A DNA stretch of 64,000 bases from an uncultured Gemmatimonadales bacterium (GTDB taxonomy: Bacteria > Gemmatimonadota > Gemmatimonadetes > Longimicrobiales > RSA9): contig OY970192.1 in assembly GCA_963708135.1 (NCBI GenBank), positions 1,952,001-2,016,000 of the forward strand, in the 5' to 3' direction. Within the stretch, counting starts at the first letter, position 1. Each line of letters starts with the position of its first letter. The translations under genes were made by a program, and so were the position numbers. The notes under the pieces are model-generated. The model searched no databases. It saw nothing but the letters and a program-made list of their open reading frames with translations, and was not told the origin of the DNA. Positions 11,811-24,835 of this stretch are shown here, piece after piece.

Positions 11811-12589
11811 CAGGCGCGGTTCCTCGAATCCAGGAACCGGCGCACGCCCTCCCGGCAGTCGGGAGTCCCGCGGGCGAGCACGTTGACCTCGGCGCCGCGG
11901 GCAATGGCCTCCTCGAAGGATGTGCCGTCGATGCCGTATAGGAGGCGCTTGATGAGGCGCAGCGCATCGGGGGATCGGGAGGCGAGGTCGCGGACGTACT
12001 CGAGGACGTCGGCCTCGAAGCTCTCCGTGGCGAGGACGCGGTTCACGAGGCCGAGACGCCGCGCCTCCTCGGCGTCGATCCGCTCACCACGCGCGGCGAG
12101 CTCGAAGGCGACCTTCTCGCTCGAGGTCCGGCGCAGCAGCGCCATGACCATGGCGGGCACGAAGCCGAGACGGACCTCGGGGTAGCCGAAGCGGGCATCG
12201 CGGCTGGCGAGGACGAGGTCGCAGGCGGTGGCGAGGCCCGCGCCGCCGGCGAACGCGTGGCCGTGCACGGCGGCCACGATCGGCTTGGGGTGGCGGCGCA
12301 TGGCGAGCAGCACGGCGCCGATGCGCTCGGCATCGCGCAGGTTCGTGATCGGGTCGCCACCGGCCGCGACGTGCTCGAGCTGCTCGAGGTCCGCGCCGGC
12401 GCAGAAGTCGGGACCGTCGCCGCGCAGCAGGACGACGCGTACGGCGTCGTCCTCCGCGGCGTGGTGCAGCGCGTCGCCGAGCTCGGCGAGGGTGCGGTCG
12501 TCGAGCGCGTTGCGCTTCTCGGGGCGAGCGAGGGAGAGGACGGCGATCCCGTCCACGACCTCGTAGCGGATACGCTCGAAGGCGGCCAC
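11810..12589 (-). CDS. Enoyl-CoA hydratase, methylglutaconyl-CoA hydratase-like
   Basis: FCAGADL, GGAGLATACD, YPEVRLGFVPA; cluster context. Confidence 0.88.
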   Translation of the reverse strand: MAAFERIRYEVVDGIAVLSLARPEKRNALDDRTLAELGDALHHAAEDDAVRVVLLRGDGPDFCAGADLEQLEHVAAGGDPITNLRDAERIGAVLLAMRRHPKPIVAAVHGHAFAGGAGLATACDLVLASRDARFGYPEVRLGFVPAMVMALLRRTSSEKVAFELAARGERIDAEEARRLGLVNRVLATESFEADVLEYVRDLASRSPDALRLIKRLLYGIDGTSFEEAIARGAEVNVLARGTPDCREGVRRFLDSRNRA

Positions 12590-12590
12590 G

Positions 12591-12938
12591 TCAGCGCCTC
12601 GCCGCCGCGGCGATCAGCTCCTCGGGCGCATCGACCTCCATGCGCAGGAGCGCGGTCGAGAAGGTCTTTCCCTGCGCGTCGGTCATCAGCGAGACCGTTC
12701 CGCCGCCGCCGAGCGCGCCGTGCAGGAGGAAGTTCAGCGCGCCCAGGTTGGGCAGCTCGAAGCGCTCGACGCCGCCGTGGACCATGCCCCGGAAGTGCTC
12801 GGCCACGCGTTCCGCCGTGACGGTCTCCGCCAGGAACGGGTAGACATCGGGGACGTTGGCGATGAGGCCGACGTTCACCGTGTCTCCCTTGTCGCCCGAC
12901 CGGGCGTGCGCCAGCTGCAGCAGTCGAATCCTCGGCAT
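12591..12938 (-). CDS. AtuA-related small protein (stand-alone AtuA C-terminal-like domain)
   Basis: HARSGDKGDTVNVG, ERFELPNLGALNF, GGGTVSL..DAQGK. Confidence 0.85.
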   Translation of the reverse strand: MPRIRLLQLAHARSGDKGDTVNVGLIANVPDVYPFLAETVTAERVAEHFRGMVHGGVERFELPNLGALNFLLHGALGGGGTVSLMTDAQGKTFSTALLRMEVDAPEELIAAAARR

Positions 12939-12962
12939 GGGACCTCGTTCGGTGCGGACGCG

Positions 12963-13130
12963 CTACTCGCCGGCCTTCGGCGGCCTGCTCTTCTGGATCC
13001 AGCGAGGGATGAGCAGCGCGAGGATCAGGACCAGCATGACAACGGGGACAAGGATCGTCGCCGTGGCGAGGAAGCCGATGATGCCGACGATGATGAGCAA
13101 CGGGACGAGCCAGCCCGGCTTGAACCTCAT
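12963..13130 (-). CDS. Hypothetical 55-aa membrane peptide (absent from the ORF track)
   Basis: [59 protein letters not shown] overlap with the atuA-like stop and GGAGG upstream. Confidence 0.65.
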   Translation of the reverse strand: MRFKPGWLVPLLIIVGIIGFLATATILVPVVMLVLILALLIPRWIQKSRPPKAGE

Positions 13131-14506
13131 GCTTCGGTCACCTCCACCCGCAGGTTCGGCTCGATCTCACGCCGGTCGATCAGCGCGGGCCAGTAGGCCA
13201 CGACCTCCTGCACGCGCGGCCGACCGCCGGCGAATCCGGTCACGGTCGGCGGGCCGGTGAGGATCAGGGGCGCGAGCTCGCGCGTGAAGCGCTCCACGCT
13301 TCCCCGCTCCGCCCCGCGCACGGCCACGCGCAGCTCGACCTCCGGCAGGTCGGCCGGGGGCGGCCCCGCGAGCGGCCCGTGCGCGGCGTTCCAGCCGACG
13401 AGCTCGGTGCGGATCTCGTCGAAGGAGAGGCCGAGCCTCTCGAGCCGCTTCCGCAGGATCCGGTCCGCCGCCTGCGCCTTGGCCACGGGATCGGGCCAGC
13501 CGTACACGAGGGTGCCCACCGCCTTGTAGCCGGTGTGGAAGGCGATGGAGACCTTGAGCATGTCGGTGCGCGGGCGTCCGCGGACGCCGTGCACGCGAAC
13601 GCGGTCGGGCCCCGCCTGCTCCAGGCGGATGGTGGTGAAGTCCGCGATGACGTCGGGCGTGATGTACTCGTGCGGGTCGCCCATCTCGTAGACGAGCTGC
13701 TCGGTGACGGTCTCGATGCCGACCCGCCCGCCGGTGCCGTCGTGCTTGGTGACCACGAAGCTGCCGTCGGCGGCGGCCTCGATGATCGGGAACCCCACGT
13801 CGGCGAGGTCCGGGATGCTCTCCCAGTCGTAGAGGCAGTTGCCGCCCGTGGCCTGGGCGCCGCACTCGTTGATGTGGCCGGCCACGACGCCGGCGGCGAT
13901 GCGGTCCCACGCGTCGGGCGCCCAGCCGAAGGACTGGATCATCGGCGCGTAGGTGAGCGCCGTGTCGGTCGAGCGGCCCGTGATCACGACGGTGGCGTCG
14001 CGGTCGAGGGCGTCCACGATCGGGGCGGCGCCGATGTAGGCGTTGGCGCTCTCGACGCGGTCGAGCACCGGCTCGAGCGGCTCGCCCGTGTCCATGTTGC
14101 GGAGCGCGTGGCCGCGGGCGATCAGGTCCGGCAGGCGGTCCAGGATGTCGTCCCCGATGATGGCGGCGACGCGGACCCTGCCGGCGAGGCCGGCGCGGCG
14201 GGCCTCGGCGAGGACGGCATCGCGGCAGCCCTCCACGTTCACGCCGCCCGCGTTGGCGACGACGCGGATCCCCCTCTCCACGCAGTCGGGCAGGATGCGG
14301 CCCATGAGCGGGACGAAGTCGCGGGCGTAGCCCTGGGCCGGGTCGCGGGCGCGTTGCTTCTGGAGGATCGACATCGTGACCTCGGCCAGGTAGTCGAGCA
14401 TCAGGAAGTCGATCGGGCCGCGCCGCACCTGCTCGACGGGCGCCTCGAGGAGGTCGCCCCAGAAGCCCTGGCCGGAGGCGATGCGGATGGTCTTGTCGTC
14501 GGTCAT
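13127..14506 (-). CDS. Acyclic terpene utilization AtuA family protein
   Basis: [47 protein letters not shown]. Confidence 0.9.
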   Translation of the reverse strand: MTDDKTIRIASGQGFWGDLLEAPVEQVRRGPIDFLMLDYLAEVTMSILQKQRARDPAQGYARDFVPLMGRILPDCVERGIRVVANAGGVNVEGCRDAVLAEARRAGLAGRVRVAAIIGDDILDRLPDLIARGHALRNMDTGEPLEPVLDRVESANAYIGAAPIVDALDRDATVVITGRSTDTALTYAPMIQSFGWAPDAWDRIAAGVVAGHINECGAQATGGNCLYDWESIPDLADVGFPIIEAAADGSFVVTKHDGTGGRVGIETVTEQLVYEMGDPHEYITPDVIADFTTIRLEQAGPDRVRVHGVRGRPRTDMLKVSIAFHTGYKAVGTLVYGWPDPVAKAQAADRILRKRLERLGLSFDEIRTELVGWNAAHGPLAGPPPADLPEVELRVAVRGAERGSVERFTRELAPLILTGPPTVTGFAGGRPRVQEVVAYWPALIDRREIEPNLRVEVTEA

Positions 14507-14519
14507 TGTGCCTTGCCCA

Positions 14520-16148
14520 TCAGCCGATCGGCGGGAGCGTGCCGAAGGGCCCGAGGTGCGGCCCGGGGTTGTGGAGCGCCGTGCGCAGCGCGAGCGAGAG
14601 CAGCGGCCGGGTCTCCTCGGGGAGGAGGACGGCATCGACGAAGCCGCGCGCGGCGGCGTAGCGGGCATCGAGCTGACGCTCGTAGTCGGCGCGCACGGCG
14701 TCGATCCTGGCCTGGAGCTCCGGATCCGGCTCGCGCCGCTCCTTCTTGAGCTCGTCGAGCTGCGGGCCGAACAGCGCCATGATGGCGCTCTCGCCCTCCA
14801 TGACGCCCATGCGGCCGGTGGGCCAGGTGAAGATGAAGTCGGGATCGAAGCCCTGTCCCGCCATGGCGTAGTAGCCGGCGCCGGAGGCGTGGTTGATGGT
14901 GAGCACGAGCTTGGGCACGACGGCGGTGGCCATGGCCTCCACGAAGCGGGCGCCGGCGCGGATGATTCCCGACTGCTCGGCGTCCGGGCCGACCATGAAG
15001 CCGCTGACGTCCTGGACGAAGAGGAGCGGCGTGCCCTGGCGGCTCATGGTCTCGATGAAGAAGGCGACCTTCTCGGCGCTGTCCGTATAGACGATGCCAC
15101 CGAACCTGGGCGGCCCACCGGCGAGGTCCTTCAGCATGCCGCGCACGTTGGCGATGACGCCGACCGTGATGCCGTCCAGACGGGCGGTGCCACACAGCAT
15201 CTCAGGCGCGAAGTCGGCCTGGAACTCGTCGATGTCACCGCCGTCCAGCAGACAGGCGAGGACCTCGCGCATCTCGTAGGGCTGGCGGTGGTCGGGAGGG
15301 AGCAGCTCGTAGAGCTCGGCGGCGTCCCGCGCGGGCGGGGCCGGCGCGGCGCCGCGCGGTGGCGACGTCGCCGGCGGCAGCTCGGCAACGAGCTCGCGGA
15401 TGCGTGCGACGCAGGTGCGGTCGTCGGGGAGCCGGTAATGCGCCACGCCGCTCACGGCGTTGTGCATCCAGGCGCCGCCAAGCTCCTCGGCCTCGACGCT
15501 CTGCCCGGTGGCCCCCTTCACGAGGTTGGGGCCGCCCAGCCCCATGAAGCTCGTGCCCTCGACCATGAGGATGAAATCCGAGAGCGCGGGCAGGTAGGCG
15601 CCACCCGCGATGCACGGCCCCATCACCGCGGCGATCTGCGGCACGTGCAGGTAGCGCCGCATGAGCGAGTTGTAGTAGAAGATCCGGCTGGCGCCGTACT
15701 GGCCGGGGAAGACGCCGCCCTGGTAGGGCAGGTTCACGCCGGCGGAGTCCACGAGGTAGACGATGGGCACGCGCGAGCGCATCGCGATCTCCTGCGCGCG
15801 CAGCATCTTCTTGATCGTCTCGGGCCACCATGAGCCGGCCTTCACCGTGGCGTCGTTGGCCACGACCACGACGGGCCGGTCGTGCACCGTCCCGACGCCC
15901 GTGACGACCCCCGCAGCCGGTGCCTGGCCGTCGTACTCGTCCCACGCCACCAGCAGGCCGACCTCGAGAAACGGCGCGCCGGGGTCGAGCAGCAGCGCGA
16001 TCCGCTCCCGCGCGGTGAGCTTACCCTGCTTGTGCTGCCGCTCGATCTTCTCCGCGCCGCCGCCTTCCCGCAGCTCGGCCCGGAGCGTCTCCAGCTCCGC
16101 CGCCATTCGCCGCAGGCGCGGGGCCGCCGCCTCAGTGCTGCCGGGCAC
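14520..16148 (-). CDS. Acyl-CoA carboxylase carboxyltransferase subunit (methylcrotonyl/geranyl-CoA carboxylase beta-like)
   Basis: [36 protein letters not shown]. Confidence 0.9.
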   Translation of the reverse strand: MPGSTEAAAPRLRRMAAELETLRAELREGGGAEKIERQHKQGKLTARERIALLLDPGAPFLEVGLLVAWDEYDGQAPAAGVVTGVGTVHDRPVVVVANDATVKAGSWWPETIKKMLRAQEIAMRSRVPIVYLVDSAGVNLPYQGGVFPGQYGASRIFYYNSLMRRYLHVPQIAAVMGPCIAGGAYLPALSDFILMVEGTSFMGLGGPNLVKGATGQSVEAEELGGAWMHNAVSGVAHYRLPDDRTCVARIRELVAELPPATSPPRGAAPAPPARDAAELYELLPPDHRQPYEMREVLACLLDGGDIDEFQADFAPEMLCGTARLDGITVGVIANVRGMLKDLAGGPPRFGGIVYTDSAEKVAFFIETMSRQGTPLLFVQDVSGFMVGPDAEQSGIIRAGARFVEAMATAVVPKLVLTINHASGAGYYAMAGQGFDPDFIFTWPTGRMGVMEGESAIMALFGPQLDELKKERREPDPELQARIDAVRADYERQLDARYAAARGFVDAVLLPEETRPLLSLALRTALHNPGPHLGPFGTLPPIG

Positions 16149-16551
16149 GGCCGTGCTCGGCGAACCAGCTGCGCACGAACTCGACGGGCGCGGTCGTCGG
16201 CGTGCCGGGGCCGAACAGCTTGCCCACGCCCTCCGCCTCGAGCGAGCGTATGTCCTCCTCCGGCATGATCCCGCCGCCGATCACCAGCACGTCCTCGAGG
16301 CCCTCCGCGCGGAGCAGCTCCAGGATGCGCGGGAACAGCGTCATGTGCGCCCCCGACAGGATGGACAGGGCGACGACGTCCACGTCCTCCTGGAGCGCGG
16401 CGTTCGCGATCATCTCCGGCGTCTGGTGCAGCCCGGTGTAGACGACCTCGAAGCCCGCGTCCCGCATCGCGCTGGCAATCACCTTCGCGCCGCGATCGTG
16501 GCCGTCCAGCCCGGGCTTGGCCACGAGCACGCGTATCTTGCGTTCGTCCAT
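16132..16551 (-). CDS. Cobalamin-binding small subunit of an acyl-CoA mutase
   Basis: [12 protein letters not shown] (DxHxxG), SILSGAH, GGGI. Confidence 0.95.
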   Translation of the reverse strand: MDERKIRVLVAKPGLDGHDRGAKVIASAMRDAGFEVVYTGLHQTPEMIANAALQEDVDVVALSILSGAHMTLFPRILELLRAEGLEDVLVIGGGIMPEEDIRSLEAEGVGKLFGPGTPTTAPVEFVRSWFAEHGRARQH

Positions 16552-16834
16552 GATCCCGTGGGGTTCGGATCCCGCCGATCGGACGCCCGATCGGTGGGGA
16601 AAAGCTATGCCCCGGACCGGGGGCCGGCAAGAAAAGGGGACAACCGACGCGTGCGCCGGCGGTCGGGCGGCCAGTGGACCGTATCCGAAGTAGCGATGGC
16701 ATTCGCCGGCGGATCGGACGCGACCCGCCGCGTTGCTCGTCGTCGAAATAGCGCTGCTATTCCTTCCTCCTCGCGCCTTGCGCTTCGCGCCCGCTCCGCC
16801 GGCTCGGTGCTCACCGAACTTCAGATACGGTCCA

Positions 16835-17614
16835 CTAGTTCCTCGCCACCGCGATGAGCCGGGGCGAGGTGCGGCGGAGCGGCTGGCCGCCCCAATCGCC
16901 GCAATAGGCGATGGCGCCGAATCCGGCGGCGCGCAGCAGGCCGTCGATCTCCGTGGCGCTGCGCAGGCGCAGAGCGTGGCGCTTCTCGCCGTGCTCGGCG
17001 CCGCGGCGCCAGCGGAGGCGCTCGCTGCTGACGCCGGTGAGCGGATCGAAGCGGCGGCGGACGCGCACCTCGGTTCCGTCGGGCAGGGTCCAGGCGTCGC
17101 GCTCGGCGTAGTGGGCGACGACGTCGTCGCGGTGCATGCTCTCGAGGAGGAGCGCGCCGCCCGGCCGCAGCACGCGCCGCATCTCGGCGAGCGCGCGGAG
17201 GTCCTCCTCGTCGCGGAGGAAGAGCCCGAGGCTCGTGAAGACGTTGACGACGGCATCGAAGGCGGCGTCGCGGAAGGGGAGCGCGCGCAGATCGGCGGCT
17301 GCGGCCGGCGGCGGGCCGGCGGCGGGCGCTGCCTCGTCGCCTTCCATGGCGGGGCGGCGGCCGCGGCGCAGGAGCGGGAGCGAGAGGTCCGCGCCGAAGG
17401 CGCGGATGCCGGCCTCGCCGAAGAGGCGGGTGTGGCGTCCCCAGCCGCAGGGGACGTCGAGGATGCGCGCGCCGGCGGGCAGCCCGAGCAGCTCGATCAT
17501 GGCACCTGCCTCGCGGCGGCTCTCGGCCTCGGGGAACAGCGGATCGTGGAGCGCGAAGTAGGCGTCGTCGAAGAAGTCGCGCCACCACCCCTCGCGGGCG
17601 GGCGGCACGCTCAC
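16835..17614 (-). CDS. Class I SAM-dependent methyltransferase
   Basis: [11 protein letters not shown] motif [18 protein letters not shown]. Confidence 0.88.
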   Translation of the reverse strand: MSVPPAREGWWRDFFDDAYFALHDPLFPEAESRREAGAMIELLGLPAGARILDVPCGWGRHTRLFGEAGIRAFGADLSLPLLRRGRRPAMEGDEAAPAAGPPPAAAADLRALPFRDAAFDAVVNVFTSLGLFLRDEEDLRALAEMRRVLRPGGALLLESMHRDDVVAHYAERDAWTLPDGTEVRVRRRFDPLTGVSSERLRWRRGAEHGEKRHALRLRSATEIDGLLRAAGFGAIAYCGDWGGQPLRRTSPRLIAVARN

Positions 17615-18966
17615 GGCGGGGCCTGCTCTCCGTCGTCGGGCGGAGCGGCGGGCTCGAGCCGGAGGAGCAGGCGGGAGACGCGTCGCCCGTCCATGGTGAG
17701 GACGCGGAACGAGCCGCGCTCGAAGCGAACCTCGTCCCCGGGGCGGCCGAGTCGGCCGAGGCGGCCGAGCACGTAGCCGGCGACGGTGGTGTACTCGGTT
17801 TCCGGCAGCCCGAGCCCGTAGCGCTCGTTCAGCTCCGCGATCGGCAGCGTGCCGCTGAGCCGCACGTCGCCGGAGGGGAGCTCCTCGAGGGCGTGGGCGA
17901 GGGTCTCGTGCTCGTCGGCAATCTCGCCGACGATCTCCTCGAGCAGGTCCTCGATGGTCAGGATCCCGGCGGTGCCGCCGAACTCATCCACGACGACGAC
18001 GAGGTGCACCTTCCCGATCTGCATCTCGCGCAGCAGGTGCTCGAGGTCCTTCGAGTCGGGGACGAAGGGGACCGGTCGGATGAGCGGCGCGAGCGCATCG
18101 CCGCCCTCGCGCTGGGCGCGCCAGACATCGCGGGCGAGCACCACGCCGACGACCTGGTCGATCGTCTCGTGGTAGACCGGGATGCGGGAATGCCCCTCGC
18201 CCAGGATCGTCTCCGCCGCCTCCTGGAGCGTGGCGTCCTCGGGGAGCGCGATGACCTCGGTCCGGGGCGTCATGACCTCGGCGGCGGTCGTCTCGGAGAG
18301 GTCGAAGACGCCCCGGATCATCTCGACGGGCTCCTCTGCCAGCAGCCCGTGCTCGTAGCTCTGGGTGAGGAGCATCTCGATCTCCTCGGGGCGGTGTACG
18401 CGCTCCATCTCGCGGGGAGCGTGCAGCCCCAGCATCCGGAGCACGAGGTTCGCGGCGCCGTTCAGGGTGGCGATGAAGGGGGAGAAGACGCGCGAGAAGC
18501 CGATCAGCGGGCCGGCGGTCCACATGCTCGTGGCCTCGGGGAAGAGGAGCGCGAGCGCCTTGGGCGCGAGCTCGCCGAGCACGATGTGGAGGAAGGTGAT
18601 GATGGCGAAGGCGATGGCGGCGGCCACGCCGTGGATCGCGATCACGTTGAGGGGCGACGGCAGCCGGGTGAAGGCGTGGGCGAGGAGCGTCGCCATCGTG
18701 GTCTCGCCGATCCAGCCGAGGCCGAGGGAGGCGAGAGTGATGCCGAACTGCGTGCCGGAGATGTAGTGGTCGAGGCGGTGGATGACCACGCGCGCCAAGC
18801 GCGCGCGGTGGCTGCCGCGGCGGGCCTCGGCCTCGATGCGCGTGCGCCGCGCACCGACCAGGCCGAACTCCGCGGCCACGAAGAAGGCGTTGGCGAGGAC
18901 CAGCAGGATGACGGCGAGGAGCCGGAGCGAGACCTGGCCCCAGGTGAGGGTGGCGACCGGCTCCAT
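17611..18966 (-). CDS. HlyC/CorC (CNNM) family protein: DUF21-CBS-CorC
   Basis: NAFFVAAEF, QFGITLASLGLGW, GELAPK, VMTPRT, VVDEFGG, EDLLEEIVGEI. Confidence 0.92.
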   Translation of the reverse strand: MEPVATLTWGQVSLRLLAVILLVLANAFFVAAEFGLVGARRTRIEAEARRGSHRARLARVVIHRLDHYISGTQFGITLASLGLGWIGETTMATLLAHAFTRLPSPLNVIAIHGVAAAIAFAIITFLHIVLGELAPKALALLFPEATSMWTAGPLIGFSRVFSPFIATLNGAANLVLRMLGLHAPREMERVHRPEEIEMLLTQSYEHGLLAEEPVEMIRGVFDLSETTAAEVMTPRTEVIALPEDATLQEAAETILGEGHSRIPVYHETIDQVVGVVLARDVWRAQREGGDALAPLIRPVPFVPDSKDLEHLLREMQIGKVHLVVVVDEFGGTAGILTIEDLLEEIVGEIADEHETLAHALEELPSGDVRLSGTLPIAELNERYGLGLPETEYTTVAGYVLGRLGRLGRPGDEVRFERGSFRVLTMDGRRVSRLLLRLEPAAPPDDGEQAPP

Positions 18967-19007
18967 CGCCTACGCGGCCGGGCCGCCCCGCCCGCGCGCC
19001 TCCCGCA

Positions 19008-20723
<1,716 letters not shown>

Positions 20724-20768
20724 TCGCTCATCATCCCCTGGAGTTGCGCTCCGGAATCCCCTCGGCTC

Positions 20769-21971
20769 CTACCCCAGCGCGGCGCGCACGATTCGAGCCG
20801 ACACCTCGTACGGCGTGGTCTCCCCCGCCTCGAGCGCATCCATCGCCTCCGCGAGCATGGCATCCCCTCCACGCTCCTCCCATGTCACGCGCGCCAGCGC
20901 CCGCTCGACCGTCTCCCGCACCCGCCGCGCGAGCCGCTCGCGGCGACGCTTCGCCAGCGTGCCGCTCTCCGCGAGCCAGCGCCAGTGCTCGTCCAGCGCG
21001 CCGGCGAGCGCGTCGATCCCTTTCCCTTCCGACGCGATCGTCTCGAACACCGGAATCTCCCACGAGGCCTGCGCGCTTCCGCCGGCGATGCCCTCCGGGC
21101 CGGTTTCCCCGCCGTCGGGCCCCGCCGGCGCGAGCCCCGCACGGGCGCCGGCCCGCCCCTCCTCCGCGACAGCCGGACCGCTCGGTCCCGACCCCGGGGC
21201 GCCACCCGCCGAGCCCGGAACCACCGAGGCCGCCGCGCCGTGATGGCCGCTCGCGCCGGGCGGGCGCCGGCGCCGGCGGGGGCCGGAGCCCTCCCGCAGG
21301 TGGAGCATCATCTCGAGGTCCTTCACGAGACGCTGCGCACCCGGGCGGTCCGCCTTGTTCACCACGAAGACGTCGGAGATCTCCATGAGCCCGGCCTTCA
21401 TGGCCTGGATCGCATCACCGGACTCGGGGACCAGCACGACCACCGTCGTGTCCGCGGCCTGCGCGATGTCGAGCTCGGACTGGCCGACGCCGACGGTCTC
21501 GACCAGGAGGCGGTCGAAGCCGAAGGCGTCCATCACGTCGGCCACTTCCTTGGTGGTGACGGCGAGCCCGCCCAGCGAGCCGCGCGTGGCCATGGAGCGG
21601 ATGAAGACGCCGGCGTCCATGCCGACGTCGTTCATGCGCACGCGGTCGCCCAGCAGCGCGCCGCCGGTGAAGGGGGAGGTGGGGTCGACCGCGACGACGC
21701 CCACGCGCTCGCCCCGCGCCCGGTACCGGCGGATCAGCTCCGCGGTCAGCGTGGACTTCCCCGCCCCGGGCGGCCCCGTGATGCCGATCCGGTGGGCGCC
21801 GCCGAGCCGGGGGTGCAGGCGGTGCATCAGGGCCTGGAAGCCCTCGCTTCGGTCCTCGACGACGGAGATGGCGCGAGCCAGCGCCGTGCGGCGGCCCTGG
21901 CCGAAGGCCTCGAGGAGCGCCGCGAAGGGCTCGGCCGCCGGGGAGTCGGCTCCGCTGCTGGGCTGGATCAT
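20769..21971 (-). CDS. meaB: MeaB/ArgK GTPase, mutase chaperone
   Basis: GITGPPGAGKST, DPTSPFTGGALLGDR, ETVGVGQSE, NKAD. Confidence 0.92.
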   Translation of the reverse strand: MIQPSSGADSPAAEPFAALLEAFGQGRRTALARAISVVEDRSEGFQALMHRLHPRLGGAHRIGITGPPGAGKSTLTAELIRRYRARGERVGVVAVDPTSPFTGGALLGDRVRMNDVGMDAGVFIRSMATRGSLGGLAVTTKEVADVMDAFGFDRLLVETVGVGQSELDIAQAADTTVVVLVPESGDAIQAMKAGLMEISDVFVVNKADRPGAQRLVKDLEMMLHLREGSGPRRRRRPPGASGHHGAAASVVPGSAGGAPGSGPSGPAVAEEGRAGARAGLAPAGPDGGETGPEGIAGGSAQASWEIPVFETIASEGKGIDALAGALDEHWRWLAESGTLAKRRRERLARRVRETVERALARVTWEERGGDAMLAEAMDALEAGETTPYEVSARIVRAALG

Positions 21972-21978
21972 CGAGGAA

Positions 21979-22007
21979 AGATTGCGCGCGCGGGAAAGGG
22001 CTGTCAA
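21979..22007 (-). promoter_or_regulatory. Putative sigma70 promoter of the meaB-mutase operon
   Basis: Minus strand TTGACA-N17-CAATCT, ending 7 nt before the ATG at 21971. Confidence 0.6.
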
Positions 22008-22056
22008 ACGCGGGGGTCGGGCGCGGGCAGTTGGCGTGCGGGGCTATGGGAGGATC

Positions 22057-23727
22057 CTATTCCCTGCCCGCCTTCCCCTCCGGCGGCCTGATCCCCCTCG
22101 CATGCCGCATCGGGTTCTCGAGCAGGTGGGTGGGGATGAACAGCACGACGACGAACATGAGGAAGGCCACGACGAGGCCGGCGGCGAGGAACCAGATGCT
22201 GCGGGTGGCGAGGAAGACGACGGAGGCGATGAGGCCGACGGCGACCGCGAACAGGCTGAGCAGTACGCGTCGCACCTGGAGCAGCACGAAGCGCTCGGCG
22301 TGAATGACGTCGCGGGGGTGGACGCGGATGCGGAACTCCTCGCGCTCGGCGCGGTGCACGATCTCGCGCACGGCGCCGAACCCGCTGCGGACCTCGTCGA
22401 CGAGGCTGCGCGCCATCTCGCGGGGCTCGCGCGCCACGGCCTGGAGCAGCTCGCCCTTCATGCGGCCAACGACGGGGCGGGCGATCTCGAGGCCGTTGAA
22501 GGCGGGGTCGTAGGCGAAGCCGATTCCCTCGAGGAGCGCCGCGGCGCGGAAGAAGTAGACGAGCTCGCGGGGCAGCTGGAGCGGCCACGTGTAGAAGGTG
22601 TCCATGATCTCGTAGATCATCTCCTGAACGCGGCGGTGGCCGAGCTCGCGGGCGCGCTCGATGACCTCGAGGATCTCGCTGGCGGCGTCGCGGATCTCGG
22701 CGCGGGAGATGGCGGGGTCGATCATGCCCAGCTCGTACATCCCGTTGATCATGGAATCGAGGTCGTCGCGGGCGGCGGCGAGGGCGAGGCGCAGCAGGCG
22801 GTCGCGCACGCCCCGGCCGTACTGCACGACCATGCCCCAATCCAGGAAGACGATGGTGCCGTCCGCCTCGACCAGGATGTTGCCCGGATGCGGATCCGCG
22901 TGGACGAAGCCGTCCACCAGCATCATGCGGAGGTAGACCTCCGAGAGCGTCTCCATGAGGCGCCGGAAGTCGAGCTCTCCGGCGGCGAAGCGGTCCGCGA
23001 GCTGATTGACCTTGGTGCCCTGGACCCACTCCATGACCAGCACGCGGCGGCGGGTGAAGCGCTCCAGCACGCGCGGCGCGCGCACCCGGGGGTCGGCCTC
23101 GAAGTGCTGGTGGAAGAGGGTCATGTGCACGGCCTCCTCCCGGAAGTCCATCTCCTCGCGGACCTTGACGCTGAACTCGCGCACCACGTTCGTGAGCGCG
23201 CGCACGTGGTGGTTGGGGAAGAACACGTTGAGGAAGAAGAGGATCCGGAAGGAGATGTCGAGATCGACGGCGACGAGCTCCTCGACGCCGGGACGGAGCA
23301 CCTTGACCGCGACCCGTTCGCCATCGACCCGGGCCGGGTGGACCTGGCCCAGGCTGGCGGCCGCGACGGGAGTCCGGTCGAACTCCTCGAATAGCGACGC
23401 CACGGGAGCGCCGAGCTCCGCCTCGATGACCGCCTCGATGGCGCCCGCATCGTCCGGCGGGACGCGATCCTGCAGGGTGCCGATGGCCGAGAGATAGGGC
23501 TCGGGCAGGATGTCGGCCCGCGCGCTGAACACCTGCGCCAGCTTGATGAAGGTGGGCCCGAGGCGGGCGATGGTGGCGGCCAGCCGGCGGGCGCGGCGCG
23601 CGTGCGCCTCGGGCGAGGCGACCCGGCCGGCGCCGAACAGGACCCAGCGGCGGCGGTCGCGCAGGAAGGCGAGGACGAAGGGGACGAGCCGGAAGAAGAT
23701 GATCCAGCCGCGTCGCCAGCGGCTCAT
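22057..23727 (-). CDS. ABC1/UbiB (AarF) family atypical kinase
   Basis: LGPTFIKLAQ, AAASLGQVH, VAVKV, HADPHPGN, LDWGM. Confidence 0.92.
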   Translation of the reverse strand: MSRWRRGWIIFFRLVPFVLAFLRDRRRWVLFGAGRVASPEAHARRARRLAATIARLGPTFIKLAQVFSARADILPEPYLSAIGTLQDRVPPDDAGAIEAVIEAELGAPVASLFEEFDRTPVAAASLGQVHPARVDGERVAVKVLRPGVEELVAVDLDISFRILFFLNVFFPNHHVRALTNVVREFSVKVREEMDFREEAVHMTLFHQHFEADPRVRAPRVLERFTRRRVLVMEWVQGTKVNQLADRFAAGELDFRRLMETLSEVYLRMMLVDGFVHADPHPGNILVEADGTIVFLDWGMVVQYGRGVRDRLLRLALAAARDDLDSMINGMYELGMIDPAISRAEIRDAASEILEVIERARELGHRRVQEMIYEIMDTFYTWPLQLPRELVYFFRAAALLEGIGFAYDPAFNGLEIARPVVGRMKGELLQAVAREPREMARSLVDEVRSGFGAVREIVHRAEREEFRIRVHPRDVIHAERFVLLQVRRVLLSLFAVAVGLIASVVFLATRSIWFLAAGLVVAFLMFVVVLFIPTHLLENPMRHARGIRPPEGKAGRE

Positions 23728-24383
23728 CACGTGCGGCCCGCCGGGTCCGGCGCCTCCCTCGGCGGCGGCGGGATCGGCATCCCCCGCTCCGCGGGGAAGA
23801 CGGCACCGGCCGAGAGGATGTAGGTGAACGCCTCCTCGAGCGTCATGGGCAGCCGCACGACGGAGGCGCGCGGCACGATGGTGAGATAGCCGCTCGTCGG
23901 ATTCGGCGTGGTGGGCACGAAGACCGTGACGGCGTCGGCGACCCGTGCGCGCATGAGCGGCGGAGCGTCGGCTGTGAGGAAGCCGATCGCCCAGAGGCCT
24001 TCCGAGGGATACTCCAGCATGACGACGTCCCGGAAGAAGCGCCGCTCCTGGCTCAGCACGGTGCGCACGATACGGTTCGAGGCGCCGTAGATCCGGCGCG
24101 CCACCGGCAGCCGCTCGAGCCAGCCGTTCCAGAGGCCGAGGAAGCGGGAGCCGATGGTGCGCTCGGCGGTCCAGCCGACGCCCACCAGGACGACGAGCAG
24201 GACGAGCAGGCCGAGCCCGGGGATGCGCACGCCGAGCGCCGGATACAGGAATCGCCCGAGCAGCCCGTCCAGCCGCTGGAAGATCCACCAGACCACGTAG
24301 GCCGTGATTCCGACGGGCGCGATGACGATCAGCCCGGCAATGAGGTGGCGGCGGAGGGCGCGCGCCGCACGGCCGCGGCTCAC
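23727..24383 (-). CDS. DUF502 domain membrane protein
   Basis: GLIVIAPVGIT, RLPVARRIY, VFVPTTPNPTSG. Confidence 0.88.
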   Translation of the reverse strand: MSRGRAARALRRHLIAGLIVIAPVGITAYVVWWIFQRLDGLLGRFLYPALGVRIPGLGLLVLLVVLVGVGWTAERTIGSRFLGLWNGWLERLPVARRIYGASNRIVRTVLSQERRFFRDVVMLEYPSEGLWAIGFLTADAPPLMRARVADAVTVFVPTTPNPTSGYLTIVPRASVVRLPMTLEEAFTYILSAGAVFPAERGMPIPPPPREAPDPAGRT

Positions 24384-24835
24384 GGTGCCATCACCTGCGA
24401 GAGGATCCGCTCCTGGAGCAGCCACATGGCGCTCCGCTCGCGCTCGGGGCCGGCGGGATGGTCCTCGCCGAGCACGTGGAGCGTGCCGTGGATGGCCAGC
24501 CGGGCGAGCTCGTGGCGCGGGGGGACGCCCAGCTCGGCGGCCTGCCGGAGCGCCTGCTCCCAGCCGATGTAGACATCGCCGAGCGGGGGCTCTCCCGGCT
24601 CGTGGAGTGGGAAGGAGAGCACGTCGGTGGGCCCCGCGTGGCCGAGGTAGCGCCCGTTCAGTTCGGCGATGGACGCGTCGTCCAGCAGGGTCAGCGAGAG
24701 CTCGCCCGATGGCTGCTCGCGCGCCTCGAACGCCGCGCGGACCGCCGCGGCGAGCAGGGCCCGGAGCGCGGGACCCGGACCGAGCCGGACCCGGGGCGGC
24801 GCACCGGCCCGGTTCACGTGGACCCGGACCCGCAT
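24380..24835 (-). CDS. ybeY: rRNA maturation endoribonuclease YbeY
   Basis: PTDVLSFP, LGDVYI, HGTLHVLGEDH. Confidence 0.92.
   Translation of the reverse strand: MRVRVHVNRAGAPPRVRLGPGPALRALLAAAVRAAFEAREQPSGELSLTLLDDASIAELNGRYLGHAGPTDVLSFPLHEPGEPPLGDVYIGWEQALRQAAELGVPPRHELARLAIHGTLHVLGEDHPAGPERERSAMWLLQERILSQVMAP

Noticed and set aside
16552..16834. Possible cobalamin riboswitch upstream of the B12-binding subunit
   Set aside because: The conserved B12-box elements could not be identified by eye; a covariance-model search would be needed.
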